Positions 8,980 to 19,109 of a DNA stretch of 64,000 bases are shown here, piece by piece (within the stretch, counting starts at the first letter, position 1; the number at the start of each line of letters is the position of its first letter). The position numbers and the translations under genes were made by a program. The DNA is taken from positions 30,944 through 94,943 of IMG/VR virus record IMGVR_UViG_2519899680_000008, one strand, 5' to 3'. This DNA is from a virus. Lineage: Duplodnaviria; Caudoviricetes. Below the pieces are notes generated by a model. The model worked only from the letters and a program-made list of their open reading frames with translations, had not been told where the DNA came from and did not search any database.

Positions 8980-11900
8980 TTACCCGTTCCAGCTCGCGTC
9001 GAAGTCATGCACCACGTCTATCAATGCCCGCGCCAGCTCTTCCTTCAGGTTCCGGATTTCCGCCTGCCGTCCTTCCTCGGTCTTCATAAGGTCAATGGTA
9101 CCGATACTGAGCAGGCTGCTGATATTGACGATGACCTGCTTGGGTGCGGCCGACGAAAGTTTCCCTGTCCCCGAGTAATTACCTCCCGCACCCCCGTCGT
9201 CCAGGCCGTTGTTCGTTATCGGGTTGGAATCGAACGGGCGCGTGTCATTCGAGTCCGGTTCGTTGCTGAACAGCATGGGGGCGAAACCGGCCGAACGGAG
9301 GATGTTCTCCGCCGCCTCGGATGAACCGCCGAAGGTCTGGCGGAGCGATGCGGCGAATTTCACGAGGGTGTCATGCGCCAGCTTGCGGTGCGCGATATAG
9401 TCTTCGCGTTCCTCGTCCGTAACATTTCCGGCCAGTGCTTTCTGTCCCCATTGCCCGTCTTTCCCCTGCACGTATCCCCACTTTTTCAGCTGCTCGAAAT
9501 CGAAACCGCCCTTTCTCATCAGCTCCTGCGCCTTGTCCGCACCCGATATGGCATCCCTGTAAGCCGTCGCCGCACGGATGATTTCCGGAACGGTCTTCCC
9601 GTTCATGTATCTGGCATAGTCGTAGGTCTGCGCCGCTATGGCCTCGGGCTTGTCCCCCAGGTCGGAATTGTATACTATCTTTCCGTCCACCTCGCGCCAC
9701 AGGGACTTTTCCAGGTCCTTCTCCTGCTGCCCGAAACGTTCCCTGACGGTCTTGATGAAGGCATTGACCTCCAAGGCGGTCGTCAGCTTGCCGAACTCGG
9801 CGTACGCGGAGTTGATGCGTTCCTGGCTGTCACGCTTGGCGAGGGTGATCAGGGCGTCCCTTATATCGTCCTGCCGGGCGTCATCCGTGTTGTACACGTC
9901 ATCGACGGTGACCATTCCTTCCGAAGACGCGGCGGCAAACATCCCCAGGAAGCCGGCCCACCAGTTCCTGGTGAAAAAGCCTATCTTGTGCCCGGAGGCT
10001 TCCTCTATGCTCTTGCCCGCCACCACGTCATCCACCGCCCGTTTGGTTTTCAGCGCGATCTGGTAGGTCTCGCTCAGGGAGGAATACAACGTCTCGATGG
10101 AAGGATAGCGGTACTTGCGGTTTTTCTCGATTTCCTCCAGCACGGCGTCCTTGGCCTTCTTCACCTGCCATGTCTTGTACGCCACCCAGCCTAACGCCCC
10201 GACCAGAGCCGACAAGCCTGCCGTAGCCGCCACGGCTCCCGTGCTGATGGCACTCAAAGAAGCCGCCGCACCCGTCAGGCTTCCTCCCGTGGCGACTTGC
10301 GTGGCGAACAGGGACTGGAGAGCCTGCCGTGTCCCCCAGACACCGCCCCTGGCTGCCAAAGCCTGCATCATGGCACCCTTCCCCGAAATGCCGGCCGACT
10401 GCATGGCTGACACGATGGCCCGTTTCCGGGCAAAACCGGCCTTGCCCAATCCTTTCATGCCGGCCAGCCCCTGTATGAGTTCCACAGAGCCGGCAGCGGC
10501 CGACTGTTTCCCGATAAAACCCAGGGCGATACCTATATTGGTCAACGCTCCCGCTATCTTGAACAGCTGGATGGAGGCATAGCCGGTAAACACGAGCGGT
10601 TCTATCCAGTGGAAATTACGGGTAACCCACGCCCCGATATTGCCGAGCAGGGTCATAATGTCCAGCAATGCCCGTCCGATGGTGACCAGCCCCCGGGTAA
10701 ATTCCGGGGCCTTGAACTTTTCCAGGAACGAGTGGAACACCGTACGGATTTCCGGCTCCAGGATCTCGTACGCCTGCATGAACCCTTCGGAAACCTGCGA
10801 GGTGACCTGGTCCCACAAGCCTTTGGTCGTGTTCTGTTTCACAAGTGCCAGCTCGGAGGCGATGCCGTGCGAGGTACGGTTATGGACAGCCAGTTCCCGC
10901 AACTGTCCGTAGTTGCGCACGAACATCATGGCGGCATTGCCCCCGATCTTGCCGAATATCGCCTGCATGTCCGCCATGGAAGCACCCTTCTTGTTCAGCT
11001 CCTCGAAAATGTCGGCGATGGGGCGCAGCTTCTCGACCTGCACGCCCGCGATATCACGCATCTCCGTGAACCTGACGCCCAGGCGGTCCAGCACCTTCTG
11101 CGCTTCTTTGGTCGGCTTGGCGAAACGGGTGGACATGGCACGCAGGGAAGTACCCGCCAGCGTGCCTTTCAATCCCATGTTACCCAGCAGTCCGACTGCC
11201 GCCGCGCTCTCGGTGAAGTCCACGCCCGCCATTCTCAGGTAGCCGGCAGCCATCTTGTAGCTCTCGGCCATCTCCACGATATTCACGTTGGAGCGGGAAA
11301 TCGTGGAGGCGATGACATCCGCCACACTGTCCATGCTCCCGTTGCGTATATCGTACCCCGCCATGATATTGGTAGCGAGGTCGGCGATGTATGCCACGTC
11401 GTTGTCCCCGATAAGGGCGAGGTTCGTGATCGGGCGGATGGACTGGTTTATCGTATCGATTCCCATACCGGCCATTGCCAGATACTTGACGGCCCCTGCC
11501 ACTTCCACGGCGGTGTACTTCGTGTCGATACCGATTTTACGCACGTGACGGGCCATCTGGTCGAAACGGGACTCGAATGTCCCGAGGCTGTCGTCCGCCA
11601 CCTTTAGAATGGAACGGGCGGATTCCATCAGGTTGGCGTATTCGACGGCTTCCGCCAGTTCCGACCTGAGCAGGCTGTAGCCCATGTAGGCATTCAGCAT
11701 GGTAGCGAACGGGAGGTCCCTTAACGAGGGGGCACGGGAGTACTGGATACGGTTGATGGCCGCACGCCGCTTGCTGCGGTGCAGCGTCCCCGCGGCACTT
11801 TGCTCCGCCTGCATCTGCCGTATTGCCTGGACGGCGTTTCGCTGCTTCTCCTCCCTTGCCTCCTTTTCCGCCTTTACGCGGGCTGCCTCCGCCTGTTTCC

Positions 11901-12801
11901 GTAACCGCTCGGCTGCTTTTGCCGCGTTGCGCCGTTCCTGTTCCTCCCGTCTTGCCTGTTCCTTCTGTCGCCGTTCTTCCGCTTCGGTCCCGGTCTGCCT
12001 GCCGCGCTGACGCTGCTGCATCTCGAAAAGCTCGTCGGCCTGGGCGAGTTTCTGGCGGTGCTTCTGCTGGGAGACGTACAACTGTTCCGCCAGCCTTTGC
12101 TGTGCCTTCTCAGGAAGGGCATACGCCGGCAAGGCATACGGGACAGCCACCGGGGCTCCCGCCTGTGCCGGTAGACCGCTCCCTTGCAGGGAAAACGGGA
12201 TACGCGCGGCTCCCTTTATCCGTTCCAGCAGGGAGAGGATTTCCTGCAGCCTGCCTTTGGCGGCATCCGTCCGGATATCCACCTCCTTTCCTTTGCCGAG
12301 GGATACAAGCGCGGAATTGATTTTTCCGATAACCTTGGTAATCTGCTTCTGGGCATCCAGCACGCTACGCACGGACGAGGCGGCGGTGTTCTCGATTTCG
12401 GTTTTCCTGAGTTCCGCCGCCTTTTTCTCGTAAAGGCTTTTGGCTTTCGCCTTGATACCTTTGCTGTCGAGGGGCTGTCCGGCGTTGATGACCAGGTTGA
12501 TGCCTTTGGACAGGGTGCCGATTTCCGTCAACAGGTTCTTCACCCGGATCAGCTTCTCTTCCGTCATCCCGGTCTCGATGGTCAGGCGGTAGTCGAAGTT
12601 TCGCCTCTTGCCGTTCTTGGTGCGGAACACCCGGTCGATCTCGTCCATCATGGACTTGATGTTGTTGACTGCCGGGGTGAGGCTGGCCTTTGCCTGTACC
12701 AGCTTGCCGACCGCTTCACCGAAAGCGATGACCTGCTTGGTGCCGGCGGAGGCATCCACGTTTATGCTGTAATTGACCTGGTAGTTCTGTTCCTGTGCCA
12801 T
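8980..12801 (-). CDS. Phage tail tape measure protein (1273 aa)
   Basis: Long Ala/Gly-rich helical ORF with TP901-type core (KYTAVEVAGAVKYLAMAG...GLKGTLAGTSLR). Confidence 0.92.
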   Translation of the reverse strand: MAQEQNYQVNYSINVDASAGTKQVIAFGEAVGKLVQAKASLTPAVNNIKSMMDEIDRVFRTKNGKRRNFDYRLTIETGMTEEKLIRVKNLLTEIGTLSKGINLVINAGQPLDSKGIKAKAKSLYEKKAAELRKTEIENTAASSVRSVLDAQKQITKVIGKINSALVSLGKGKEVDIRTDAAKGRLQEILSLLERIKGAARIPFSLQGSGLPAQAGAPVAVPYALPAYALPEKAQQRLAEQLYVSQQKHRQKLAQADELFEMQQRQRGRQTGTEAEERRQKEQARREEQERRNAAKAAERLRKQAEAARVKAEKEAREEKQRNAVQAIRQMQAEQSAAGTLHRSKRRAAINRIQYSRAPSLRDLPFATMLNAYMGYSLLRSELAEAVEYANLMESARSILKVADDSLGTFESRFDQMARHVRKIGIDTKYTAVEVAGAVKYLAMAGMGIDTINQSIRPITNLALIGDNDVAYIADLATNIMAGYDIRNGSMDSVADVIASTISRSNVNIVEMAESYKMAAGYLRMAGVDFTESAAAVGLLGNMGLKGTLAGTSLRAMSTRFAKPTKEAQKVLDRLGVRFTEMRDIAGVQVEKLRPIADIFEELNKKGASMADMQAIFGKIGGNAAMMFVRNYGQLRELAVHNRTSHGIASELALVKQNTTKGLWDQVTSQVSEGFMQAYEILEPEIRTVFHSFLEKFKAPEFTRGLVTIGRALLDIMTLLGNIGAWVTRNFHWIEPLVFTGYASIQLFKIAGALTNIGIALGFIGKQSAAAGSVELIQGLAGMKGLGKAGFARKRAIVSAMQSAGISGKGAMMQALAARGGVWGTRQALQSLFATQVATGGSLTGAAASLSAISTGAVAATAGLSALVGALGWVAYKTWQVKKAKDAVLEEIEKNRKYRYPSIETLYSSLSETYQIALKTKRAVDDVVAGKSIEEASGHKIGFFTRNWWAGFLGMFAAASSEGMVTVDDVYNTDDARQDDIRDALITLAKRDSQERINSAYAEFGKLTTALEVNAFIKTVRERFGQQEKDLEKSLWREVDGKIVYNSDLGDKPEAIAAQTYDYARYMNGKTVPEIIRAATAYRDAISGADKAQELMRKGGFDFEQLKKWGYVQGKDGQWGQKALAGNVTDEEREDYIAHRKLAHDTLVKFAASLRQTFGGSSEAAENILRSAGFAPMLFSNEPDSNDTRPFDSNPITNNGLDDGGAGGNYSGTGKLSSAAPKQVIVNISSLLSIGTIDLMKTEEGRQAEIRNLKEELARALIDVVHDFDASWNG

Positions 12802-12820
12802 AAAGGTTTCCTGTATGCTA

Positions 12821-12852
12821 CAAGAATAGAAGGAATGGAAAGGAGGAGATTA
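12821..12852 (-). promoter_or_regulatory. Phage late-promoter-like motif copy B (TAATC-N18-CTATTCTTG)
   Basis: Upstream of tape measure ATG. Confidence 0.65.
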
Positions 12853-12923
12853 AAAAGGCATCCCTACGTCAGAAGAAATGCCCCTTGAATATGTTCGGGG
12901 TTGTTTCAGTCCATTCAAAAATC

Positions 12924-12962
12924 AAGGGTGCCGCTTCATATTAAAATGAAACGACACCCTTT
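12924..12962 (-). terminator. Hairpin / probable intrinsic terminator after tail chaperone
   Basis: Minus strand GGGTGTCGTTTCAT-loop-ATGAAGCGGCACCC (WC plus GU pairs) followed by TTGATTTTT. Confidence 0.55.
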
Positions 12963-12965
12963 TCT

Positions 12966-13166
12966 TCAGTCAGCGGCGGAAGGGGAAACGCCCGGAAGAA
13001 CCATGCGGCTGGCCAGCATCTGCTCGTGCAGCCACAGGGCCTCCTCCGAAAGCATGGCGAACTCCTCGTCCGTCATCTCGTCGATATTCACGCCGGGAAA
13101 GTAGTGACGCAGGTAAATCATCCGTTGCCGGATGCGCTGATCATCACGTACCGCCCAGCGGTCTAT
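12966..13166 (-). CDS. Tail assembly chaperone -1 frameshift extension (gpGT-like, 66 aa)
   Basis: Open -1 frame IDRWAVRDDQRIRQRMIYLRHYFPGVNIDEMTDEEFAML...AAD* entered at slippery A AAT TTA (13166-13172). Confidence 0.8.
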   Translation of the reverse strand: MDRWAVRDDQRIRQRMIYLRHYFPGVNIDEMTDEEFAMLSEEALWLHEQMLASRMVLPGVSPSAAD

Positions 13167-13519
13167 AAATTTACCAGCATGCTCTGGCGGGTGGTGATGA
13201 GTTCGGACAACTGCCCCATAAGCCCGAAAAGGAACAACGAATCATCATCTACGAGTTCCTTGTCGCCCTCGATGAAACAGTCCCTGGCAAGAGTCCTCAT
13301 GGCAAGCACCTCGTCTTTTTTGGAGGCGGCCATAAATTTGGAAAACTGCGGGAAAGTCGGCTCTGCCATGAAGGCCACGTAGGACGTTTTTTCTCCGGCC
13401 GCCGTATCCCCGAATACGACCATGGGATACACCTTGCGCAGTTTTTTTTCTTCTTTCAGCTTCAAGGCTCTTTCCTTGATTTTCGCTTCCTGTTCGAGTG
13501 TCAGCATTTTTTCTTCCAT
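13163..13519 (-). CDS. Tail assembly chaperone (gpG-like)
   Basis: 118 aa, between tube and tape measure, ends in a slippery heptamer. Confidence 0.8.
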   Translation of the reverse strand: MEEKMLTLEQEAKIKERALKLKEEKKLRKVYPMVVFGDTAAGEKTSYVAFMAEPTFPQFSKFMAASKKDEVLAMRTLARDCFIEGDKELVDDDSLFLFGLMGQLSELITTRQSMLVNL

Positions 13520-13542
13520 GTCGAAATGTTTTTAGTTCTCCT

Positions 13543-13574
13543 AAAGCATAGAGGAAAAACGGGAGAAAGGATTA
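13543..13574 (-). promoter_or_regulatory. Phage late-promoter-like motif copy C (TAATC-N18-CTATGCTTT)
   Basis: Upstream of chaperone ATG. Confidence 0.6.
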
Positions 13575-13813
13575 TAAAACGAGCCAGATCCTGTTCCTGC
13601 AACAACGTTTTTGTGATTTCTGCCAAGGCGGCGGACACTGGTATGCCGGGCATTTCCGCAATCTTCAACAGATTGTTGGAGGACTGTGCAGTCTCCCTTG
13701 GGACACCGTATACACGTAATAGACGTGAAAAGTAATGACTTATAGCGACATGAAATTTTTGCCGCCTATCTTAGTGTTACGCAAACAGGCAAATAGTACC
13801 GGATAGTCTGTTT

Positions 13814-14299
13814 TTATCGAAGCTGGACCAGTTTCCCTTCAATGCCGCAACTCTTCAGCACCGCGGTATTTGCCTTGCCAAAGGCTATCAGGCAGGAAGG
13901 TGCGCCGGCGGTGCTTCCGCGCTCGCCGCTCACATGATGGAAGCTCAGCCGCCCCTTGATGAAAAGGACGGAATCCGCCCTGGGAAATATCCACTCGTGG
14001 AAAAGACGGGTGTCCGTCCTGGCGAAGGTCAGTGCGACGGCATTCCCGTGTTCGGAACACCTGCGTATGAACTGCACGATAAGTGAGGTGTCATACGGTG
14101 GATTGCAGAATACCCGTCCGAACCACGGCTGTTTCAGCCCGTCATCCTCTATCGTGTAATGATGCGCGGCCGTAGCCCACGGACGGTTTACCGGTGCACA
14201 GGGGTCGAGGTCGAACGGCCCCAGGCGTTCCAGCAGGTCCGGAGGGGTGAGCCATTCGTTCTTTCCCGTGGACGAGCGTCCTTCAAACCTTACATCCAT
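13814..14299 (-). CDS. Phage N6-adenine DNA methyltransferase (Dam-like)
   Basis: 'EWLTPP', 'FDLDPCA', catalytic 'VFCNPPY', 'FIKGRLSF'. Confidence 0.9.
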   Translation of the reverse strand: MDVRFEGRSSTGKNEWLTPPDLLERLGPFDLDPCAPVNRPWATAAHHYTIEDDGLKQPWFGRVFCNPPYDTSLIVQFIRRCSEHGNAVALTFARTDTRLFHEWIFPRADSVLFIKGRLSFHHVSGERGSTAGAPSCLIAFGKANTAVLKSCGIEGKLVQLR

Positions 14300-14302
14300 G
14301 CC

Positions 14303-14758
14303 TTATATGGTATCTCCGCTACCCACGACGATATCGAACGGGTTCAGGTCGAATTCGTGCGTGATATTCGTGTCATCCTGCTGCGACTCCATCCCGTCTT
14401 CCGAGAAGATGCATCCTTTCAGCGTGACGGTTGTTGTCGTCCAGTCGTCACTGGCCATGGGATTGGCAAAGGAAATGATCAGGTCGAACTCCCCGATGTC
14501 CATCAGCGAGCCGTAAGTGGAACGCAGAAGCTGCTGGGTGGCGTAGTCCATGGTGATGGAGGCGGTATAGGTAATGTTCCCGAACCCCCTCGATACCGGT
14601 TTCCCGCCCATGCCGTAGTTGGATTCCACCTTGCGTTTCTTGGACCACTTGATGCCGGACACCCCTTCCAACGTGGTGGAGCCTTCATCGATTCCGAGCG
14701 CGGTCGATGAAAGAGTTATCATCGACCACGAGTACGCGACATTGTTGATTACTGCCAT
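14303..14758 (-). CDS. Tail tube protein
   Basis: 151 aa directly after sheath; 'YSWSMI...NYGMGGKPVSRGFGN'. Confidence 0.8.
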   Translation of the reverse strand: MAVINNVAYSWSMITLSSTALGIDEGSTTLEGVSGIKWSKKRKVESNYGMGGKPVSRGFGNITYTASITMDYATQQLLRSTYGSLMDIGEFDLIISFANPMASDDWTTTTVTLKGCIFSEDGMESQQDDTNITHEFDLNPFDIVVGSGDTI

Positions 14759-14761
14759 AGC

Positions 14762-16111
14762 TTAACTGTTTGCGGTGAGAGACAGTCCTTCTTCCACTTC
14801 GATGCGCGTAGCCACACCTACCGGGACAAGGACGTATGAAATCTTGAGCGTGTCGTTGACCAGCACGTTCTGGTTGGGGTCTATGGTGACGGCATACCCT
14901 GAAATCTCCTGTGCCGCCTGCATCTTCGCCAGGATATCGCCGACAAGGGTCTTGAACGCCGTGATCTTGGACGTGGCGAGGTACCCCGTCGAGGGATTGA
15001 CCAGCAGAGGGGAATTGACATACGGCAGCAGGGCCGCACGGACCGCCCTCCGGCTCTTGTTTATCGTGCGGTTACGGGCTATCGTCCTGAAATCGCCCGT
15101 GGAGCAGGTCTGGTCCTTCGATATGTAGATGCCGTTCTCCCTGCCCGCGTACTTGATAGGGAAAATGTATCCCTTCTCGTCCAGCTCATCCAGCAGGGAG
15201 GGTGAAAGCGACTCGTACCGGTTCAGGCTCAGGAAATTTTCCTCCTCCTCGTCGAGGTTGATGTCCCCGAAACCGAGTTCGATTTCCTGAAAATCGTCCG
15301 TGAAGAGATTGAACTGCTTGACCCATGCAATGGACTCCTGTACATTCGCCTTGGCGATAGCCCCCATGACCGCCCCCAGGAATCCCACGGGCGTATGGTT
15401 TGCATTGCACATCTGCATGGTGGAGACCTTTTCGCTGTGCGCCTGCCCGAAGATGCAGCTGATACGGCTGGACTCGCATATACAGGACGGTATCTTGTTC
15501 AAGTCTACCTGCCGCCCCTCCGTCGTGTCCGCCCCCGTGTGGGACGGATTGGCGGACAGCACGAGCGAAAGCGGCTGGTTCTGCTCCGCGAGCCCCACGG
15601 CCACGTCATTGAGTCCCTTGACCAGGTTCAGGTTGTATTTGTCCGCCGGGCCGTTCGCTTTCCATATCGGCTGTTCCGTCCAGATACCTATCTGGCTGAT
15701 CATGCCTCCCGCGGCACGCTGCATGATTTCCAGCGCGTCCCAGTTGGAGGAGCAGTCGGCAAACATCACGTACAGCTTGCCGGAGCCGTTCACGTTTCCG
15801 GACATGCGGAAAAACTCGCGGATATGGTATGCCGGGATGCCGTACATGAAATTGACATTGGTTTCCTCGTCCTCCGTCGCCTCCACCCGTTCAATGATGC
15901 CGAAGTCGTTCACGGCGGACTTGAAGGACGTGATGTAGCACACGTCCCCGAGCCTGACCTTCGTCTCGTTGGTCTTGCCGTAACCCTCGGTGAAGAGTTT
16001 CGGCTGCAGCGAGACATCGAACAGGAGTCCCGTGACCTTCTCGTTGGAGGAGCCGGTATCATAGGGGATATTCCCGTCCACATCCTTTATAAAGACATTT
16101 CCAAGTGCCAT
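14762..16111 (-). CDS. Tail sheath protein (DUF2586-like)
   Basis: C-terminal 'DFRTIARNRTINKSRRAVRAALLPYVNSP...VPVGVATRIEVEEGL' sheath motif. Confidence 0.85.
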   Translation of the reverse strand: MALGNVFIKDVDGNIPYDTGSSNEKVTGLLFDVSLQPKLFTEGYGKTNETKVRLGDVCYITSFKSAVNDFGIIERVEATEDEETNVNFMYGIPAYHIREFFRMSGNVNGSGKLYVMFADCSSNWDALEIMQRAAGGMISQIGIWTEQPIWKANGPADKYNLNLVKGLNDVAVGLAEQNQPLSLVLSANPSHTGADTTEGRQVDLNKIPSCICESSRISCIFGQAHSEKVSTMQMCNANHTPVGFLGAVMGAIAKANVQESIAWVKQFNLFTDDFQEIELGFGDINLDEEEENFLSLNRYESLSPSLLDELDEKGYIFPIKYAGRENGIYISKDQTCSTGDFRTIARNRTINKSRRAVRAALLPYVNSPLLVNPSTGYLATSKITAFKTLVGDILAKMQAAQEISGYAVTIDPNQNVLVNDTLKISYVLVPVGVATRIEVEEGLSLTANS

Positions 16112-16440
16112 TATGATTTTGTTTTAGACTTGTTGTAGTAAGGGTTTCTGTACAGTACGGCATCGCCACGCAGGGCCTTTGCCGTGTCGGGGGTGAATGT
16201 TCCTCCCCGGCTGTCGATAAACAGGGAGGGATATGAGGGGTACAGCCTGAGCAGTCCCTGTATCCAGGGCGAGCCGGCTTCTGCGGTTTCCCCGTCCCGT
16301 AACGTGTCTTCCGTGTCCTTTTCCTCGTTTCCATTTTCGGGGGACTGCTGCTCGGACTGTTCCTGTACCGTTTCCTTCTGCACTGCCGCAGGGACTTCCT
16401 GTTCCTGCCGGTTTTCTTCCGGATTGGTTTTCTTGGCCAT
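16111..16440 (-). CDS. Hypothetical protein (acidic N-terminus)
   Basis: ORF between capsid and sheath; stop overlaps next start. Confidence 0.65.
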   Translation of the reverse strand: MAKKTNPEENRQEQEVPAAVQKETVQEQSEQQSPENGNEEKDTEDTLRDGETAEAGSPWIQGLLRLYPSYPSLFIDSRGGTFTPDTAKALRGDAVLYRNPYYNKSKTKS

Positions 16441-16514
16441 AGTTCAATGAAAATGGGGAACGGGGCAATACCTCCGTTCCCCGGGTGAGACAATCAAATC
16501 AGATGAAAGGTGTA

Positions 16515-17564
16515 TTATTCGCTTTTCTTGTATGCGGTATGGACCACTATCTCCGCCGGACGGACGATGTTCACGTCCATTTTCATTCTCATCTGGAAGA
16601 AGAAAAGTTCGGAGTTGGCCTGCAGGCGGTCGATTTTCAGGATATCCGTGTCATTGGCGTAATCGACCCCCATCCAGAGGTTGGAGTCCATCCCGGTCGA
16701 GAATTCTCCGAGCACCATCGTGTGTTCGGGGATACCGACGATAGGAATGACGCGCTTCCCCTTGAAACGGTAGCGGTTGACCTCGGTATTCTCGGAGTAC
16801 TTGACCTGCTTGTCCGAGATGTACTGGTCGTACGCGTCCCAGGCATCCCAGCCGACGATGAACGCCAGCGATGTCTTCTTGCGGATCTGCTTGGGACATT
16901 TTTTCCACATCGAGTAAAGGGCCGCTTCCACGGCAGCGCCGTCCGTGAGTTCGGTCGTGCCGGAAACGATGCACTGTCCGCCGGCCTTCACCTCGGCATC
17001 CTGCGAGTTCACGTTGTCGAGGATGCGCTTGATGACCCCGTCGAAATACTTTTCCTTGTTGGCGCCGATTTTCGTGCACCCTTCCGGTGCGGTAACTTTG
17101 GCTACCGTCTCTCCGCCGCGGGCGGAAGTCCAGATGGCGTTGCCGATGTACTCGTTCTTCTTGTCCATCAGCAGACGGAGCATCGTGGCCTGGATTTTGG
17201 GGTCCAGCTCACGGAACACGAGGTTGCCTTCCGGCTGGGCGAACTTCCAGTACTTCTCGTAGTCCCTCGGGTTGAACTCCAGGTAAATCATGAAGTCCGA
17301 CGGTTCGAGATAGCGTTCGGTGAACTGGTACTCGTTGCTGCCGTCATCGCCTTTCGCCCCGTGTATGGGCTGCGGTGTCGGGACATTGTCCTGGATGATG
17401 TTTCCTAATTTGATGGCAGGGAGCGTGTAGCGGTGCTGGATGCCCGTCTTGATGTGGATCAGCCCCTCGCGGACCGTGTCGTTGCCCTGCACGGTATAGG
17501 TCAGCAGGTCTTCAAGCACCTCGCCGCTATACCCGTTCTGAAGAAAGTTTACTGTATCAGCCAT
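16515..17564 (-). CDS. Major capsid protein (probable start MADTV at 17564)
   Basis: ~349 aa immediately downstream of protease/scaffold. Confidence 0.75.
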   Translation of the reverse strand: MADTVNFLQNGYSGEVLEDLLTYTVQGNDTVREGLIHIKTGIQHRYTLPAIKLGNIIQDNVPTPQPIHGAKGDDGSNEYQFTERYLEPSDFMIYLEFNPRDYEKYWKFAQPEGNLVFRELDPKIQATMLRLLMDKKNEYIGNAIWTSARGGETVAKVTAPEGCTKIGANKEKYFDGVIKRILDNVNSQDAEVKAGGQCIVSGTTELTDGAAVEAALYSMWKKCPKQIRKKTSLAFIVGWDAWDAYDQYISDKQVKYSENTEVNRYRFKGKRVIPIVGIPEHTMVLGEFSTGMDSNLWMGVDYANDTDILKIDRLQANSELFFFQMRMKMDVNIVRPAEIVVHTAYKKSE

Positions 17565-17684
17565 TGTCGATCTAAGTTGTCTGGTGAAAAATGAAACTTG
17601 GCCGACTGGCGGATACATTCCGCACGAGACCGTGGGGTCTCCGGCATGTCAATTGAACAAGTGTATGCAGTCCCGGAAGTCCGG

Positions 17685-18929
17685 TCAGCGGAGCTTCTTG
17701 AACTTGAAGTCGCTGCCGACCACTTCCGCCACCTTTTCCGCCATCAGCTGCTCGGCAGTCTTGGCGGTATCTGTCGCGGACTGTATGTTGGCAGGGTCTT
17801 CCGCGATTTCCTTGGAAATCTTCTCCCTGGCAGGAATGGACGCCAGCGTGCTCTCTGCCAGCTCAAAATTGGAGCCGGCCATCTCCACCCACTGCGCCTT
17901 TGCCTCGCGGTCGATTTTTCCCTCGTTGATGGCGTTCTCCACCAGCGTCTCGATGCGTGCAGCCTGCTCGTCCTTCTCCTTCTGTTCATAGGCGGAAAGG
18001 CGGGACGTGGCGGTCGCCAGGTCCTTCTGCAGGTTTTGGATGGCGGCATCCTTTCCCGCGATCACGGTCTGCGCGTCGCTCAGGGACTTCTGCGCTTCCT
18101 TGTACTTGGTCTCTATGGCCGCAAGCTCCGATATGCGTGCCATCACGTCCTTGACCTCCTTGTCCTGCATGCCTAAAGAAGCGGCTATCGCTCCGTATTC
18201 GATACCTTGTGTCTTGTTCTCGTTTGCCATATTGTCTTCTGTTTCTCTAAGAGTAGGTGCAGGCGGGATAAAAAGTTTGTTCTCGTCGCAGACGCGGCTC
18301 ATCAGCTCCTGGATAGCGGTGGTATCGGTCAAGGCGGAAACCTGGTCGTGTACTCTCTCGCACAACTGTTTCGAGGTACGGATGACATTCCCGGCAGGGA
18401 TGATACCCGCCTTGACGGCTGCTGCCGCATCGAAATACGTTCCGTCCTTTCCGGCTTCCCCGTCCATGATGGACCTGACATGTTCCGCCTTCAGCCCGAA
18501 GCGTTTCCGGTATATGGTTTCAATCTGGCGGGTGAAAGCCCTGACCATGTCCGAGGCTTCCCCGTCGCCCTCACCGTCCGGCAACATGGGATTATGTATC
18601 ATCAGGATGGCATAATCCCTCATGAGAGACCGTCTGCCTGCCGCCCAGATGATCGATGCCATGGAAGCCGCCACTCCTTCGATGATACATTCCGTGTCGG
18701 TCTTGGAGTTGGCGATGGTGGAATAGGTGGACATTCCGTACAGCACGCTGCCCCCTTCCGAATTGATCAGTATCCTGATGCAGGACGGGCGTATCACGTT
18801 CTCCAGGAAATCGAACTCCTCGTTGAAACGCGAGGTGCTCTCTTCCGTTACCCTTCCGAAAAAGCGGATGACGGCCGGTTCTCCGGCCTTCACCTCGCCA
18901 ACGACGTATTGAAGCGTGTTCACATCCAT
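17685..18929 (-). CDS. ClpP-like prohead protease with C-terminal coiled-coil scaffold
   Basis: 'INSEGGSV', 'GVAASMASII', 'LMIHNP'; coiled-coil C-terminal half. Confidence 0.88.
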   Translation of the reverse strand: MDVNTLQYVVGEVKAGEPAVIRFFGRVTEESTSRFNEEFDFLENVIRPSCIRILINSEGGSVLYGMSTYSTIANSKTDTECIIEGVAASMASIIWAAGRRSLMRDYAILMIHNPMLPDGEGDGEASDMVRAFTRQIETIYRKRFGLKAEHVRSIMDGEAGKDGTYFDAAAAVKAGIIPAGNVIRTSKQLCERVHDQVSALTDTTAIQELMSRVCDENKLFIPPAPTLRETEDNMANENKTQGIEYGAIAASLGMQDKEVKDVMARISELAAIETKYKEAQKSLSDAQTVIAGKDAAIQNLQKDLATATSRLSAYEQKEKDEQAARIETLVENAINEGKIDREAKAQWVEMAGSNFELAESTLASIPAREKISKEIAEDPANIQSATDTAKTAEQLMAEKVAEVVGSDFKFKKLR

Positions 18930-18947
18930 ATAGAATTATCTTTTGTG

Positions 18948-18979
18948 CAAGAATAGGAACGTCGCGTGAAGAAAGTTGA
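18948..18979 (-). promoter_or_regulatory. Phage late-promoter-like motif copy D (TCAAC-N18-CTATTCTTG)
   Basis: Upstream of protease ATG. Confidence 0.6.
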
Positions 18980-19109
18980 ACAGGGCTTGGAAGCGGTGCA
19001 GGACGTACAGTCTGTTTGTTGCGTTTATTGGATAGAACTAAAATATTATTTTAGAAACTAGCAACAAACGCAACCGTCCGTTAAGGTATTCCTAAAGACA
19101 AATCCCGTT

